A DNA stretch of 64,000 nucleotides from the human T2T-CHM13v2.0 reference genome, Homo sapiens. The DNA lies in the NCBI RefSeq assembly GCF_009914755.1, contig NC_060927.1, one strand, 5' to 3'. How positions within the stretch are numbered: the stretch's first letter is position 1; every line of letters starts with the position of its first letter. A program made the position numbers and the translations under genes. Of the stretch, positions 63,850 through 64,000 are shown one piece after another. Under the pieces are notes generated by a model. The model was not told the origin of the DNA. It was given only the letters and a program-made list of their open reading frames with translations, and searched no databases.

Positions 63850-64000
63850 GGTATTGCATAAGAGCCTACAGGCAGGTTCTGGAGCCAGACTGACAGGAGC
63901 TGAATCCCACTTCTGCCATTTACTAACTGTGTGCTCTAGGAAAATTTACTCCATCTGTGTCTCAGTTTTTTCATCTGGAAAGTGGGTTTTTCATAGGGCT
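63850..64000 (+). mobile_element. MIR (another fragment at ~63640-63800)
   Basis: ggttctggagccagactg...gaatcccacttctgccatttactaactgtgtg...ctcagttttttcatctg. Confidence 0.75.

Overview
Human (primate) repeat-rich DNA. I can support no intact host protein-coding gene in this window. The left edge carries the 5' part of a processed VENTX homeobox pseudogene (minus strand). The dominant features are two full-length, same-orientation (minus) human-specific L1 retrotransposons offset by 13,278 bp. The left one (37313-43363) is an ACG/A, pre-Ta-like copy with an open ORF1 and an ORF2 killed by two CGA>TGA stops. The right one (50610-56637) is an ACA/G, Ta-1d-like copy with intact ORF1, ORF2 and ORF0, so it is potentially retrotransposition-competent. 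The rest is Alu, MIR, L2, old L1M, MaLR/ERVL and DNA-transposon debris plus microsatellites. Most interesting observations: (1) the two L1s belong to different subfamilies yet share at least three apparently non-consensus variants, suggesting patchy gene conversion; (2) the left L1 has a point change that truncates ORF0 and turns its antisense splice donor into a perfect consensus pointing at the intact L1; (3) an orphan L1 5'UTR promoter apparently left by a microhomology deletion; (4) a double-truncated L1 ORF2 fragment with a hairpin at its breakpoint. I found no evidence of a novel gene system. Old-repeat boundaries and subfamily names are by eye and from recalled consensus sequences, so they are approximate.
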